Both the position numbers and the translations under genes were made by a program. 64,000 nt of DNA from contig CAWJKF010000018.1 in the NCBI GenBank assembly GCA_963843335.1, forward strand, positions 576,097-640,096, written 5' to 3'. The DNA comes from an uncultured Chloroflexia bacterium. GTDB taxonomy: Bacteria > Chloroflexota > Limnocylindria > Limnocylindrales > CSP1-4. Under the pieces are notes generated by a model. That model was not told the DNA's origin. It did no database searches and saw nothing but the letters and a program-made list of their open reading frames with translations. Positions 17,659 to 28,600 of the stretch are shown piece after piece. Numbering within the stretch: the first letter of the stretch is position 1; each line of letters starts with the position of its first letter.

Positions 17659-20600
17659 GTGCGCTGGTATCGTGGCCCGCACATGGAGTTCCGCATCGCC
17701 CGTGCCGCTCGTGACCGATATGCCCTGGATGAGGGGACCTTCTCGTCCCGCGCCGAGACCACAGATGGCGCAGCCTTCCGGCGCGTCGCATGGCGGATCG
17801 CACAAGCGGGGGGTACGCGACCAGAGCGTCCCGTGACTGCCGGGGACCTCGCCGCGATCGCGCTCATCCATGAGCTCCAGCATCGGGCCATCGAGCAGGC
17901 CCGCCTCGGCACCGCAGGCCCGGCCAAGGCGCACGGCGACGCCCTGGTGGCATTCGAGGACGTCTTCCCGTCGCGGCCGGTCTACCTCGATGGTGTCGAG
18001 CCTCGCACGTACCTCCGGGCGGACACCGAGGGCGCATCGAACCGACAGCTCTCGACCGAGGAGCTGTTGCTGCTCTGGGTCGCCAATCAGAACCCGGCGT
18101 TCATGCGCTACGACGACCTGTTCGATGACGCCCGCCTGGCGGACACCGACTACCCACGCCTCGTGGCCGCGATCCGGAAGCAGTCGGCCAAGGAGGCTGA
18201 TGGATCGGATGGCCGGGACCTCGTGGAGCGGCTGCTGGAACCGGGCAGGCAGTCACCCGACTCGCTGGCCGGTCAGCTGCGCTGGATCCGCGACAACTGG
18301 GCGGACGTCGTCGATGTGGAGCTGCTTGCCCGGCTCACCAGGAGCCTTGACGTCCTGTCCGAGGAGCAGGTCGCGGCAGAACGGGCTTGGACCGGGCACA
18401 TGGGTGGGCACGCGGACACCGTCGAGTCGGCGGCGCTGTCCGGATTCGGCGGCGCGCAGGGCGAGCCTGAGTCGTTCAGCCAGGACCTCGACTGGATGCC
18501 CGGCCTGGTGCTCATGGCCAAGAGCACGTACGTCTGGCTGGACCAGCTGTCGCGAACTTATGGCCGCGCCATCCGGACGCTCGACGGCATCCCCGACGAG
18601 GAGCTCGACCGGCTCCACGAGTGGGGTTTCACCGGCCTCTGGCTCATCGGCCTCTGGGAGCGGAGCCACGCCTCGCAACGCATCAAGCAGCTCCAGGGGA
18701 ATCCCGACGCGGTCGCGTCGGCGTACTCCCTCATGGACTACCGGATCGCGGACGACCTCGGGGGCGAGGACGCGTGGCGTGACCTGCGCGACCGGGCCTG
18801 GGCGCGTGGCATCCGGCTCGCCTCGGACATGGTGCCCAACCACATGGGCATCGACTCGCGCTGGGTGACGGAGCAGCCGGACTACTTCGTCCAGCGCCCC
18901 GATCCACCCTACCCGGCGTACGCCTGGACGGGACCCAACCTCTCCCGCGACGAGCGCGTGGGCATCTATCTCGAGGACCACTACTCGGACAGCTCGGATG
19001 CCGCGGTGGTGTTCAAGCGCGTCGACCGCTGGAACGGCTCGACGCGCTACATCTACCACGGCAACGACGGCACGAGCTTCCCCTGGAACGACACGGCGCA
19101 GCTCGACTACCTCAAGGCGGAGGTCCGCGAAGCCGTCATCCGGACCATCATCGACGTCGCTCGCCGCTTCCCGGTCATCCGCTTCGATGCCGCCATGGTG
19201 CTTGCGAAGAAACATGTCCAGCGGCTCTGGTACCCATTGCCGGGCAGCGCCGGTGCGATCCCGTCGCGTGCCGAGTCGTCGATGACCCAGGCGGCGTTCG
19301 ACGCCGCGATGCCTGCCGAATTCTGGCGCGAGGTCGTCGACCGGGTGGCCGCGGAGGCGCCCGACACGTTGCTGCTGGCGGAGGCGTTCTGGCTGCTCGA
19401 GGGCTACTTCGTGCGGACCCTGGGGATGCACCGGGTCTACAACAGCGCCTTCATGCACATGCTCCGCGACGAGGACAACGCCGGGTACCGGAGCGTCATC
19501 CGGGAGACCGTCGCGTTCGACACCCGGATCCTGGGTCGCTACGTCAACTTCATGAACAATCCCGACGAGCGCACCGCTGTCGATCAGTTCGGGTCGGGCG
19601 ACAAGTACGTGGGTGTGGCCACGCTGCTCGCGACCTTGCCCGGGCTGCCCATGTTCGGGCACGGGCAGGTCGAGGGGTTCGGCGAGAAGTACGGCATGGA
19701 GTTCCGACGGGCGATGCTCGACGAGCGTCCCGACTCGGACCTCGTCGCGCGGCATGAGCGGGAGATCTTCCCGTTGCTCCGCCAGCGCTGGCGGTTCGCC
19801 GCAGCCGATGGCTTCCTGATGCTCGACGCCGTGCGCGCCGGTGGCGAGGTCGACGAGGATGTGTTTGCCTATACGAACGATGTCCGGGGGGCACGATCGC
19901 TGGTTGTCTATCGCAACCGTTTCGCCGAAGGTCGGGTGAGGCTGACGGGAGCGGGGCCCGCCCTCGGGCTGCCGGACGACCCGGCCGCATACCTGATCCT
20001 CCGCGACGTCCGAACGGGTCTCGAGCACCTCCGCAACTGCCGGGATATCCATGCCCAGGGTCTCGAGCTCGACCTCCATGCCTACGAGTCACATGTGTTC
20101 CTCGATCACGAGGTGGTCTGGGACGACGCCGCGGGCGACTGGGGACGGCTCGCCTGGCGCATCGGCCTGTCGGGGGTGCCGGACCTCCAGACCGCGCTCC
20201 GCGACCAGCTGTTGGAGCCTGCCCGCATGGCGGTCGCTTCGCTGTTCCTGACGCAGGTGCTGCGGGACGTGGCGGGGGCTGGCCTTGCCGCGTCCGAGAC
20301 GACCTCGAGCGCGTTGCTCGACGCTGCGCTCCACGCGCTGGATGCTCCCCTCGCGTCGGTGGGTCAAACGGTCGGTGCGGTCGCTGGGCGGGGTGCTTCT
20401 GCCACGACGGTCCAGTCGGCCCTCCGGCAGCGGCTGGGCGCGCTCGTCTCCACGATCCGGGCAGGACGCGCCGGGAACACAGCCGTCAGCGTCACCAGGT
20501 CACGAGGCGCCGCCGCAGCCACCGCATCCGCCACCATGGGCAAGCCCGGCCCGCTCGAGCCAACCTCCGGGTCGTTGCCCGAGGTCGCGGCCCTCGCAGG

Positions 20601-21111
20601 CGCACAGGAGCTCGCGCGCTGGGTGGGCTCCGACCGGACCCGCTGGGCGACGCTCGTGAGCTGGGCGGTCGCCGGGAGCCTGGGCGACCTCGTGGGCGCC
20701 TCGACGCCCGGGGCTGTCGTTGGCGTGTACGACGCGTGGGCGGCTGGTTCGGCCATCGCCCGGACCGTCACGGAGCTGGGGCTCCCGGATGCCACCGCGG
20801 GCCGGGTCGGGGTGCTCGTGCGCGCGATCCTCGCGGTGCCGGTCGGCGCACTGGCTGCTGCCGATGACGAGGCGGGCCTGCTTGGCTGGCTGCAGACCCC
20901 GGCGGTACGGGTCGCCACAGGCTGGAACGAGTGGCAGGGATCCACGTTCGTGGGGCAGGAGGCCACCGAGGAGTGGCTCGGCGCGCTCGCGGCGCGTGAC
21001 ACCGCGTCGGGTGCGTCAGGTGCCTTCGACCACGCGGCCGCCCTCACGCAGTGGGTGGCGGCCATGGACTATCGACTGCCGTCCGTCGAGTCGGTCGAAC
21101 CGCCTGGGTGA
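17659..21111 (+). CDS. Large alpha-amylase-superfamily (GH13-like) glycoside hydrolase/transferase (1150 aa)
   Basis: GH13-like regions: I DMVPNHMG; II VIRFDAAMVLAKKH; III LLLAEAFW; IV YVNFMNNPDE. Flanked by an N-terminal region of ~280 aa and an Ala-rich C-terminal region of ~400 aa with no motif I recognise. Confidence 0.75.
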   Translation: MRWYRGPHMEFRIARAARDRYALDEGTFSSRAETTDGAAFRRVAWRIAQAGGTRPERPVTAGDLAAIALIHELQHRAIEQARLGTAGPAKAHGDALVAFEDVFPSRPVYLDGVEPRTYLRADTEGASNRQLSTEELLLLWVANQNPAFMRYDDLFDDARLADTDYPRLVAAIRKQSAKEADGSDGRDLVERLLEPGRQSPDSLAGQLRWIRDNWADVVDVELLARLTRSLDVLSEEQVAAERAWTGHMGGHADTVESAALSGFGGAQGEPESFSQDLDWMPGLVLMAKSTYVWLDQLSRTYGRAIRTLDGIPDEELDRLHEWGFTGLWLIGLWERSHASQRIKQLQGNPDAVASAYSLMDYRIADDLGGEDAWRDLRDRAWARGIRLASDMVPNHMGIDSRWVTEQPDYFVQRPDPPYPAYAWTGPNLSRDERVGIYLEDHYSDSSDAAVVFKRVDRWNGSTRYIYHGNDGTSFPWNDTAQLDYLKAEVREAVIRTIIDVARRFPVIRFDAAMVLAKKHVQRLWYPLPGSAGAIPSRAESSMTQAAFDAAMPAEFWREVVDRVAAEAPDTLLLAEAFWLLEGYFVRTLGMHRVYNSAFMHMLRDEDNAGYRSVIRETVAFDTRILGRYVNFMNNPDERTAVDQFGSGDKYVGVATLLATLPGLPMFGHGQVEGFGEKYGMEFRRAMLDERPDSDLVARHEREIFPLLRQRWRFAAADGFLMLDAVRAGGEVDEDVFAYTNDVRGARSLVVYRNRFAEGRVRLTGAGPALGLPDDPAAYLILRDVRTGLEHLRNCRDIHAQGLELDLHAYESHVFLDHEVVWDDAAGDWGRLAWRIGLSGVPDLQTALRDQLLEPARMAVASLFLTQVLRDVAGAGLAASETTSSALLDAALHALDAPLASVGQTVGAVAGRGASATTVQSALRQRLGALVSTIRAGRAGNTAVSVTRSRGAAAATASATMGKPGPLEPTSGSLPEVAALAGAQELARWVGSDRTRWATLVSWAVAGSLGDLVGASTPGAVVGVYDAWAAGSAIARTVTELGLPDATAGRVGVLVRAILAVPVGALAAADDEAGLLGWLQTPAVRVATGWNEWQGSTFVGQEATEEWLGALAARDTASGASGAFDHAAALTQWVAAMDYRLPSVESVEPPG

Positions 21112-21818
21112 CCGACCTGGCGGCGGGAGGCGCCCACCTTGGCGACCTGGTCGGCAGCATCGTCACCTGCCGAGCGTGCCCGAGGCTCGTGCAATGGCGG
21201 GAGGATGTGGCCCGGGAGCGGGTGGCCAGGTTCGCTGACGAGGTCTACTGGGGGCGCCCGGTGCCCGGGTTCGGTGACCCCGCGGCGCGGCTGCTCATCG
21301 TGGGCCTGGCTCCCGCGGCGCACGGTGGCAACCGGACCGGGCGCGTCTTCACCGGCGACCGCTCGGGCGACTTCCTGTTCGCGGCGCTGCACCGGGCCGG
21401 GTTCGCCAACCAGCCGACCTCGACCCACGCGGACGACGGGCTGCGCCTCACCGGCGCCTACCTGGCGGCGGTCAATCGCTGCGCGCCGCCGGACAACCAG
21501 CCGACTCCCGATGAGCGCGACCGGTGCCTGCCATACCTGCGCCAGGAGCTGGAGCTGCTGCCGACCGCCAAGACCATCGTTTGCCTAGGTGCGTGGGGCT
21601 GGGACGGCGTCCTGCGGGCGTTGGCGACCCTCGGCGAGCGACCCGCTCGCCGGCCGCGCTTCGGGCACGGAGCGGAGGCACCGGTCGGGGGATATCGACT
21701 GTTCGGCTGCTTCCACCCAAGCCAGCAGAACACGTTCACGGGTCGCCTGACGGAGCCGATGATCGACGCGGTCCTGCGGCGCGCAGGAGAACTGTCCCGC
21801 CTTGGCGCCGCCGGATGA
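21108..21818 (+). CDS. udgB: Family-5 uracil-DNA glycosylase (UdgB)
   Basis: The GTG at 21108 overlaps the upstream stop. CRACPRLV (Fe-S), motif LLIVGLAPAAHGGNRTGRVFTGDRSGDF, and C-terminal HPSQQN. Confidence 0.85.
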   Translation: MTDLAAGGAHLGDLVGSIVTCRACPRLVQWREDVARERVARFADEVYWGRPVPGFGDPAARLLIVGLAPAAHGGNRTGRVFTGDRSGDFLFAALHRAGFANQPTSTHADDGLRLTGAYLAAVNRCAPPDNQPTPDERDRCLPYLRQELELLPTAKTIVCLGAWGWDGVLRALATLGERPARRPRFGHGAEAPVGGYRLFGCFHPSQQNTFTGRLTEPMIDAVLRRAGELSRLGAAG

Positions 21819-21847
21819 CGACCGAACATGGTCGCCCGGGCTGGGAT

Positions 21848-21923
21848 TGGCGCGCCTGGCGAGACTCGAACTCACGACCTTCTGCTCCGGAGGCAGACGC
21901 TCTATCCGCTGAGCTACAGGCGC
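21848..21923 (-). tRNA. tRNA-Arg (anticodon CCG), CCA encoded
   Basis: Manual cloverleaf: acceptor gcgcctg/caggcgc, anticodon arm tctgc-ctCCGga-gcaga, T-loop ttcgagt. Confidence 0.95.
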
Positions 21924-21985
21924 ACGCGATTCGCAAGTGTCGGGGCCAGCGCCCGGGACGTCAAACGCCCCTGCGACGTGACCCG

Positions 21986-22972
21986 TCAGCGCAGCGTGTC
22001 GTCGGTCGCGGCGGCCGCAGCCAGCAGCCGGTCCAGGGCCGGTCGCTCGGGCAGCCCGGTGAGGTCTCCCAGCGCCGAGACCGCCGCGGCACCACACGCG
22101 TTGCCTATCTCCAGGGCCGCCCCCACGCCGCGGCCCTCCAGCCGCGCGGCGATGAAGCCCGCACAGAAGGCGTCGCCGGCACCCACCGGATCGACCAGGC
22201 CTGGGACCGGCAGCGCCGGCCGCGTGACCGATGAGGAGCCCGCTTCGAGTGCGAGCGCCCCCTGTGCGCCCAGCTTGATGACCGCGAGCCGAGGACCCAA
22301 CCCGAGCAGGGCCGCGGCGACATCGGCCGGGTCGCCGGTCGACGGCATGCCCGCGACCACGCCGGCCTCGTCACGACCGCCGAAGATGACGTCGACGTCC
22401 CTGGCGATCGTCCGAAGCACGGGTGCGGCGACGTCGTCGGCCCACAGCTTGCGGCGCAGGTTGATGTCCAGGCTCACCGTCAGGCCGATCTCGCGAGCCG
22501 CCTCGATGGCGTGGCTGACGGCAGCTGCCGCGCTCGCGGACAGTGCCGGCGTGATGCCGGTCAGGTGCAACCATCGGGCCCCCGCGAACAGGCCACCACC
22601 GACCGCGCCATCGACGTCCTCTGGTGCCAGGCGGGAACCGGCAGAGTCCGCACGCCGATACACCACCTCGGAGGGACCCAGTGGTTGGCGCTCGCGGATG
22701 AGCAGTCCGGTGACCGCGTCGGCGTCGCGACGCAGCCAGGCCACGTCCACGCCTTCGGCGCGCAGCCGTCGGAGGACCGCCGTGCCGAAGCCATCCGTGC
22801 CGACGCGGCCGATGTAGCCCACGTTGTGACCAAGGCGCGCGAGGCCAACGGCGACGTTCGCTTCGGCGCCCACGACATGCCGCTCGAAGACGGTCGCCTC
22901 CGCCAGTGGCCCCACCGATGCGGCGATGAGGCCGGCGAGGACCTCGCCCAGCGTGATGACCTCCACGGTCAT
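21986..22972 (-). CDS. kdgK: PfkB-family sugar kinase, 2-dehydro-3-deoxygluco(galacto)nokinase-like
   Basis: N-terminus GAEANVAVGLARLG; C-terminus DPVGAGDAFCAGFIA. Coupled operon with the dehydratase and KDPG aldolase genes. Confidence 0.8.
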   Translation of the reverse strand: MTVEVITLGEVLAGLIAASVGPLAEATVFERHVVGAEANVAVGLARLGHNVGYIGRVGTDGFGTAVLRRLRAEGVDVAWLRRDADAVTGLLIRERQPLGPSEVVYRRADSAGSRLAPEDVDGAVGGGLFAGARWLHLTGITPALSASAAAAVSHAIEAAREIGLTVSLDINLRRKLWADDVAAPVLRTIARDVDVIFGGRDEAGVVAGMPSTGDPADVAAALLGLGPRLAVIKLGAQGALALEAGSSSVTRPALPVPGLVDPVGAGDAFCAGFIAARLEGRGVGAALEIGNACGAAAVSALGDLTGLPERPALDRLLAAAAATDDTLR

Positions 22973-24181
22973 GCCGACGGGCCCGTTGTCGGAGTGCGCG
23001 CGGCCGGGCCGTCGAGGGTCGTGGACGGGATGTCCGCGTCATCTCGGCGCTCCCAGCCGCTCTTGAACAGGCGGATCTGGTGCTGGCGCTCGTACGGATG
23101 CTCGGCGAGCCGGTCCCAATCGAGGTCGATGCCCAGACCCGGCCGGGTGGACACCTCCACGTAGCCGCGGACCGGCAGCACCGGGTGGTCGACGATGTCG
23201 CGTGACCACGGCGCATTGAACTCGTCGAAGGACTCCTGGATGTAGAAGTTGGGGACGCTGGCACCCAGCTGCATCGAGATGGCGCTGCAGATGGGCCCCT
23301 GCGCGCTGTGCGGCGCGATGACCGCGTATGCCGCATCCGCCATCGCGGCCAGCTGCTGGGTCCGCCACAGGCCACCCAGGTACAACGGCTCCGGCTGCAG
23401 GATGTGGACCGCATCGTGCGACAGCAGGTCGGCGAACTGGCTCAGGGTGGTCAGACTCTCGCCGGTCGCGACCGGGACCGGGGAGCGCCGAGCGACCTCG
23501 ACCATGGAACCCAGGTGATGGTGGGCGACCGGCTCCTCGAGCCATGCCGGGTGGTACGCCGCGAGCCGATCGGCGATGCGCAGCGCCGTCGAGGCGCTGA
23601 ATCGGCAATGGGCCTCGATCGATCAGGTCCACGTCCGGCCCCACGGCGTCGCGTACAGCAGCGACGATGTCGATCGACAGGTCCTCCTCGGGTCGGTCCT
23701 GGACCCGCCAGCCGGCACCGAACGGGTCGAACTTGAGCGCTGTGTAGCCGCTGGCGACGACCTCGCTGGCACGTGCCGCGAACGCCTCCGGGGTTCGCTC
23801 GGTGCGATACCAGCCGTTGGCGTAGACCCGGATCCGTTCGCGGATCCGGCCGCCCAGCAGCTCGTGGACGGGCTTGCCGGCGGCCTTGCCCCGGACGTCC
23901 CAGCAGGCCACCTCGATGGCCGACACGGCGGCCATGTGGATCTGGCCGCCATCGGAATAGACATCCCGGACCATGCGCTGCAGCAGCAGCTCGGTCTGGC
24001 TGGGGTCGAGCCCGATGTACGTCTCCCGCAGCTCATGGATGGCCGTCTCCACGGTCGCGGAGAAGGCGTTGAGGGTGCCCTCGCCCACACCGTGGATGCC
24101 CTCGTCCGTGTCGACGCGTACGAACAGCCAGTTCTTCCAGGCGTTGCCGACGAGATACGTGCTGACGTCGGTGATCCTCAC
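22969..24181 (-). pseudogene. Enolase-superfamily (mandelate racemase/galactonate dehydratase-like) sugar-acid dehydratase with one frame break near 23617-23626
   Basis: The N-terminal frame reads VRITDVSTYLVGNAWKNWLFVRVDTDEGIHGVGEG...VGPDVDL. The C-terminal frame reads IEAHCRFSASTALRIADRLAAYHPAWLEEPV...VATGESL. An in-frame TGA immediately 5' of the junction confirms that two frames are needed. Confidence 0.8.
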
Positions 24182-24918
24182 GCTGGGCTCCCGTTGCTGC
24201 GCAGGCCCATCGACGGCCTGACGAGGCTTCGTGCCGCACGCGCCGCGGCGACCGCCGACACGATGCTCGCGGCGCGCTGCTCGACATCGTCGGCGGCGCC
24301 GCTGCCCGTCAGCCAGCTGCCCATGCCGACCCCCACGGCCCCGGCGCTGATGAAGGCCGGCGCGGACTCCAGGGTCACGCCCCCGGTGGGCAGCAGCGGG
24401 ATGAACGGCAGCGGGCCCTGGAGCTCGCGCACCAGCGCGATGCCGGCGACCGAGGCAGGGAAGAGCTTGACGGCCGCGGCCCCCGCACGCCATGCCGCCA
24501 GGATCTCGCTGGGTGTCAGAGCCCCGGGGAAGCAGGGCACTCCCTGGCCGGCGGCCCAGCGCACCAGCTCCACGTCGAGGTGCGGCGAGACCAGGAACCG
24601 GGCGCCTGCGTCGAGCGCACGCTCGGCTGCGGCGATGGTCAGGACCGTTCCCGCGCCGACCAGCAGCTCCGTCTCGCCGAAGCGATGCGCGAGCGCGGCG
24701 ATGGACTCGAGCACGGACGCCTCCGGCTCATTCAGGGTCAGCTCGAAGGCCCGCACGCCACCCGCGACGAGGCCATCAGCGATCGCGGCCACGTCACCGC
24801 CGGGCAGCCGCCGCCCGATGGCGACCACGCCGACATCCGCGATGGCCGCCGGGATCCCCGGGCGTGTCGCTTCGACCTCCACCAGACCTCCCCGCTCCGC
24901 GCGTGCTTCGTGGCTCAT
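24178..24918 (-). CDS. eda: 2-dehydro-3-deoxy-phosphogluconate (KDPG/KDPGal) aldolase
   Basis: Start is ATG 24918. GVRAFELTLN, GAGTVL, FLVSPH, GALTPSEI, AVKLFPA and PTGGV are the Eda family blocks. Confidence 0.85.
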   Translation of the reverse strand: MSHEARAERGGLVEVEATRPGIPAAIADVGVVAIGRRLPGGDVAAIADGLVAGGVRAFELTLNEPEASVLESIAALAHRFGETELLVGAGTVLTIAAAERALDAGARFLVSPHLDVELVRWAAGQGVPCFPGALTPSEILAAWRAGAAAVKLFPASVAGIALVRELQGPLPFIPLLPTGGVTLESAPAFISAGAVGVGMGSWLTGSGAADDVEQRAASIVSAVAAARAARSLVRPSMGLRSNGSPA

Positions 24919-24998
24919 CAGCGTAGCGTCTGGCAAGGTGTTGGCAGCCACGTCCGCCCCGGTCGCGGCTGCGTCCGAGACCAGGTCGCTCCGGGCGG

Positions 24999-25637
24999 AT
25001 GCTCGACGACGCCGTGACAATGGCGTCCATGAACGACCAGACCGACGTCCCGCGCATCCGTCCCCTCGTGGGCATCCTCCTGTTCGACGAGGTCGAGGTG
25101 CTCGACTTCGCGGGCCCGTTCGAGGTCTGTTCTGGCACCCGTGACCCGGCAGGGCTGCCCTACGTGGATGTCGTCACCATCGGTCCCGGCGTGGAGGTCG
25201 TCTGTCGTGGCGGTCTCCGCGTGCTGCCGACGTATCGGGTCGAGGATGCGCCGGCGCTTGATGCGCTCATCGTGCCGGGCGGACCTGGGGCGGACGAGCG
25301 GTCCGACGTCCAGGCGACGCAGCTGCTGCCCTTCATCCGCGAGCGGGCGTCGTCCACGGCCGTCGTCGCGTCCGTCTGCACGGGTGCGTTCCTGCTCGGT
25401 CGCGCCGGACTCCTCGACGGGCGAAGAGCCACGACGCACACCCATGCGCTGCCGGCGCTCCGAGCGGAGTTCCCGGCGGTGGACGTCATCAGCGCCAAGG
25501 TCGTGGACGACGGTGCGGTCGTCACGGCGGCCGGCGTCAGCTCGGGCATCGACCTGGCGCTCCACCTGTTCGAGCGCTGGTTCGGCAGCGAGGCACGAGC
25601 CATCGCGGCAGGGGGCCTTGACGGACCCTGGGCCTGA
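24999..25637 (+). CDS. DJ-1/PfpI-family protein (alternative start ATG 25020)
   Basis: ILLFDEVEVLDFAGPFEV...LIVPGG...the nucleophile elbow VASVCTGAFLLGRAGLLDGRRATTH. Confidence 0.8.
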   Translation: MLDDAVTMASMNDQTDVPRIRPLVGILLFDEVEVLDFAGPFEVCSGTRDPAGLPYVDVVTIGPGVEVVCRGGLRVLPTYRVEDAPALDALIVPGGPGADERSDVQATQLLPFIRERASSTAVVASVCTGAFLLGRAGLLDGRRATTHTHALPALRAEFPAVDVISAKVVDDGAVVTAAGVSSGIDLALHLFERWFGSEARAIAAGGLDGPWA

Positions 25638-25686
25638 CGGACCGCCGGTCCGGCTCACCGTCGCGCGTTCATCGCGGCCCGCGTCG

Positions 25687-28600
25687 TCACGGGCGAGCCC
25701 GCTGGTCCAGCTCCCGCAGCCGGAGCCGTGCCTCGAGGTGATCGACGTCCTGCTCGGCGACGTCGATGAACGCGGCCCGTGCCTCGGCTCGTCGACGTGC
25801 GCCCATGAGCGCCAGGCCTTCCAGGTATCGGCAGGCGACCCGGTTCCGGCGAGCCAGGTCGTCCTCGAACACCAGGAACGACGGCAGGGACGTGGCGAAG
25901 TAGTCGATGTGGGTCGGTGCGTCGGCGCGGTCGCGCGCGGAGCGCAGCAGGTCCCGCAGGACCCGCGACGCACCTCGAACGTCACCCAGCGCACGCATCG
26001 CCAGGGCCCGCCAGTAGCTGGCGGCCGCGGGTGGGGCTCCCGGGTCTCCCTGTGGTCGCGCCGCCCGCGCGAGCCACTCGGCCACGACCGCTCGGTCACC
26101 CATCCCTCGGGCGGCCTCGGCCGCGAGCCACTGGAGCTCATGCTCGGGGGTCAGCAGGTGCTTGCCTTCGCCGAGGTTGTCCGGATACGCCATCGCAGCG
26201 TCGAACCAGGCGAGGGCTTCCGGCGCGTACCCAGCGGCCAGGGCGGCCCGCCCGGACTCCCGGTTGGCGATGACCCATTGCCCGGACACGAGGCCCTCGC
26301 CACCTTCCCACGGGTGGAAGCGACGGGTGCGCAGGATGGAGAGCGCGTCGGCGTGTCGCCCGACCTCGTTGAGCAGCGTGACCAGCTCGACCGTCAGGTC
26401 GTCACGACCGCTGACCACGTCGGCATGACGCTCGAGCGACCGCAACCGCGCGGTCGGCGCTTCGCCCAGCCGCTTGCGCAGCTGGTCCAGCTCGTACAGC
26501 ACACGCCCGTCGGTCGGGTCTGCCCGGAACGCCCGCAGGTAGCTGGCGCGTGCCTGGCGGGGCCGACCACGCACGTTGAAGAGGGCGAGGCCGAGGTTGC
26601 GATGGACGGTGGCGAAGGCGGCATCCAGCCGACGCGCCGTTTCCCAGCAGGTGATCGCCTCGTCGTAGCGCCGGCGGTCGTAGAGCAGGAGCCCGAGCAG
26701 ATACGGGGCTCTTGGGTCGGTCGCATCGGCCTCGATGGCGGACCGCAGCACCGCGATCTCCTCGGGTCGAGCCGGGAAGACCCGATCGATGGGTCGCCTG
26801 CGGGCGTCGTGGCGCCATCGCGCCGCTTCGTGCTCCCGGCCGGAACGGGCACACAACCAGCCGAGGGTATAGGCGATGAGCGGTGCGACGGTCTCCGCCG
26901 CGCCCGGCAGGGCACGCTCGAGGTGGATGATCGCCTCCGGGAAGAGGCCCGCCCGCGCGTCATCGTGGGCGACATCGAGCGCGACCTGCCCGTCCGATGG
27001 CGGACGCGCGATACCCGGCACGGGCACCATCGACGGGGCCACGCCGGCATCGATCAGCCGTCGTCGTTCCGCCAGCGCTCGTGCATCGAGTGGATCCCGG
27101 GACAGCCACGCTGCCAGGGCGCTGCCCGCCTCGTCGAGGCGCTCCATCCGGCGCAACACCGCAACGCGCAGGACCTGCGCTCCGGCGTGATCGACCTGCG
27201 TCGCGAGTACCCGGTCGAGGAGTTCGAGCGCCTCTGACCAGGCGCCGCCGGACGCGGCGATCTCGGCCCGCGCCACGTCCGCCGCGGCCCGCCACGCGGC
27301 ATCCCAGCTGGCCTTGGCGAGCCAGGTGTCCGCCTCGTCGGGTCGACCGGCCGCCTGCAGCAGCACCCCCAGCACGTAGAGCGGCTCCCCGTCGGCGGGG
27401 TTGGCGTTGAGCCGCGTCAGGGTCTCGATCGCGCGACGCAGGCAGGTCTCCGCGTCGAGCAGCTCGCCGCGGCGCATATGCCACAGCCCGAGCTCGGTGT
27501 TCGCGCGACTGTCGCCCGGCTCCCGACGGAGCGCTTCACGCCAGTAGTCCTCGGGTCGGCGCGTCGCATGTCGATATTGCGCGAGGTGCCGCCCGACGAG
27601 CACCAGCTCCTCGACGCTGCCGATACCGTCGGGTCGCGCCGGTTCGCGAGCTGGTGCGGGTGGCGGGGCATCCGCGTGAGGCGCCGGGTGCAACTCGACG
27701 AGCAGCCGGCCCTCGTGACGCACCTCGAGGTCCAGGTCCGAGCGGCGGGTGCCGGCAGGGAGTCGCAGCGTGTGGTCCACGAGCGGCGCATCAGGCGCGA
27801 GGTCCAGGGTCCAGCTCCCCAGTGCGTGACCGCCAGCCCGCAGGATCACCTCCACCCCGTGTCGTTCGCGGGTGACCGCGACACCCAGCCGGACGTGACC
27901 CCCGTGCTCCACCTCCAGGTGCGCCGCGGCATCGAGGGTCGCCGCCTGTGCCGGCCCGATACCCTGGATGGGATACCAGTACTGGCGGAAGACGCGTGTC
28001 TCGCCGGGGGACAGGAACGAGAAGTCGGGCTGGTTGTCCGTGAACACGCCTGCCATCAGCTCGATGTAGGGGCCGTCGGCGTCGGTCAGCTCGCGGTCCC
28101 AGGCATGACCGAACTCGGCATCCCCCCATGTCCACATCTTCTTGCCGGGCGAGATGGCGTGCTCCGCCCAGTGCACGAAGCCGGCGCCGACAGCGTGATC
28201 GTAGCCGCCGAAGAAGTCCTGCTCGGTGCCCGTGATCATGTACGACGTGGGCACGGGGATGTTGCGATACCAGCGCAGGTCGGCCTCGGCCGGCGTCCGG
28301 GCGCCGTAGTCGACGCCGTAGTAGACGCCGCGCGCGACCGGGAAGCTGGACGTGGCCCGCCGGGCATGGTCGGCGACGTGGTGGACGTCGGGCGGGAAGA
28401 ACGCCTCGTAGCGGTCGTGCACGCGTGCGGCGACGTTCGCCCACCACAGGAACGTGCGCCGCAGCGGGGTCCGGTTGACGAGGCGGACGCGGAGCTCCAG
28501 GAGCGCGGAATCGGGCCGGAGGGTGACGCCATGCATCCCCTTCATCCGGTCCATCGGCTCGTGCTCCGAGCACCAGATCGTGGTGCCGCCATCGTCCAGT

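Noticed and set aside
18253-20079. Very long alternative ORFs typical of high-G+C DNA (for example 18253..20079 minus, 31215..33098 minus, 32867..34588 minus, 25141..27237 plus, 27478..29286 plus, 42128..43708 plus, 52432..54045 plus)
   Set aside because: They are Arg/Gly/Pro/Asp-rich nonsense compositions with no motifs, and each lies opposite or out of frame to a gene with clear family signatures.
21819-21985. Genomic island integrated at tRNA-Arg or tRNA-Asp (55647-55723)
   Set aside because: I found no integrase, recombinase or transposase gene and no direct repeat of either tRNA 3' end. The catabolic island next to tRNA-Arg lies on the 5' side of that tRNA. Only the composition drop and the pseudogene density downstream of tRNA-Asp remain suggestive; these are reported as a finding.
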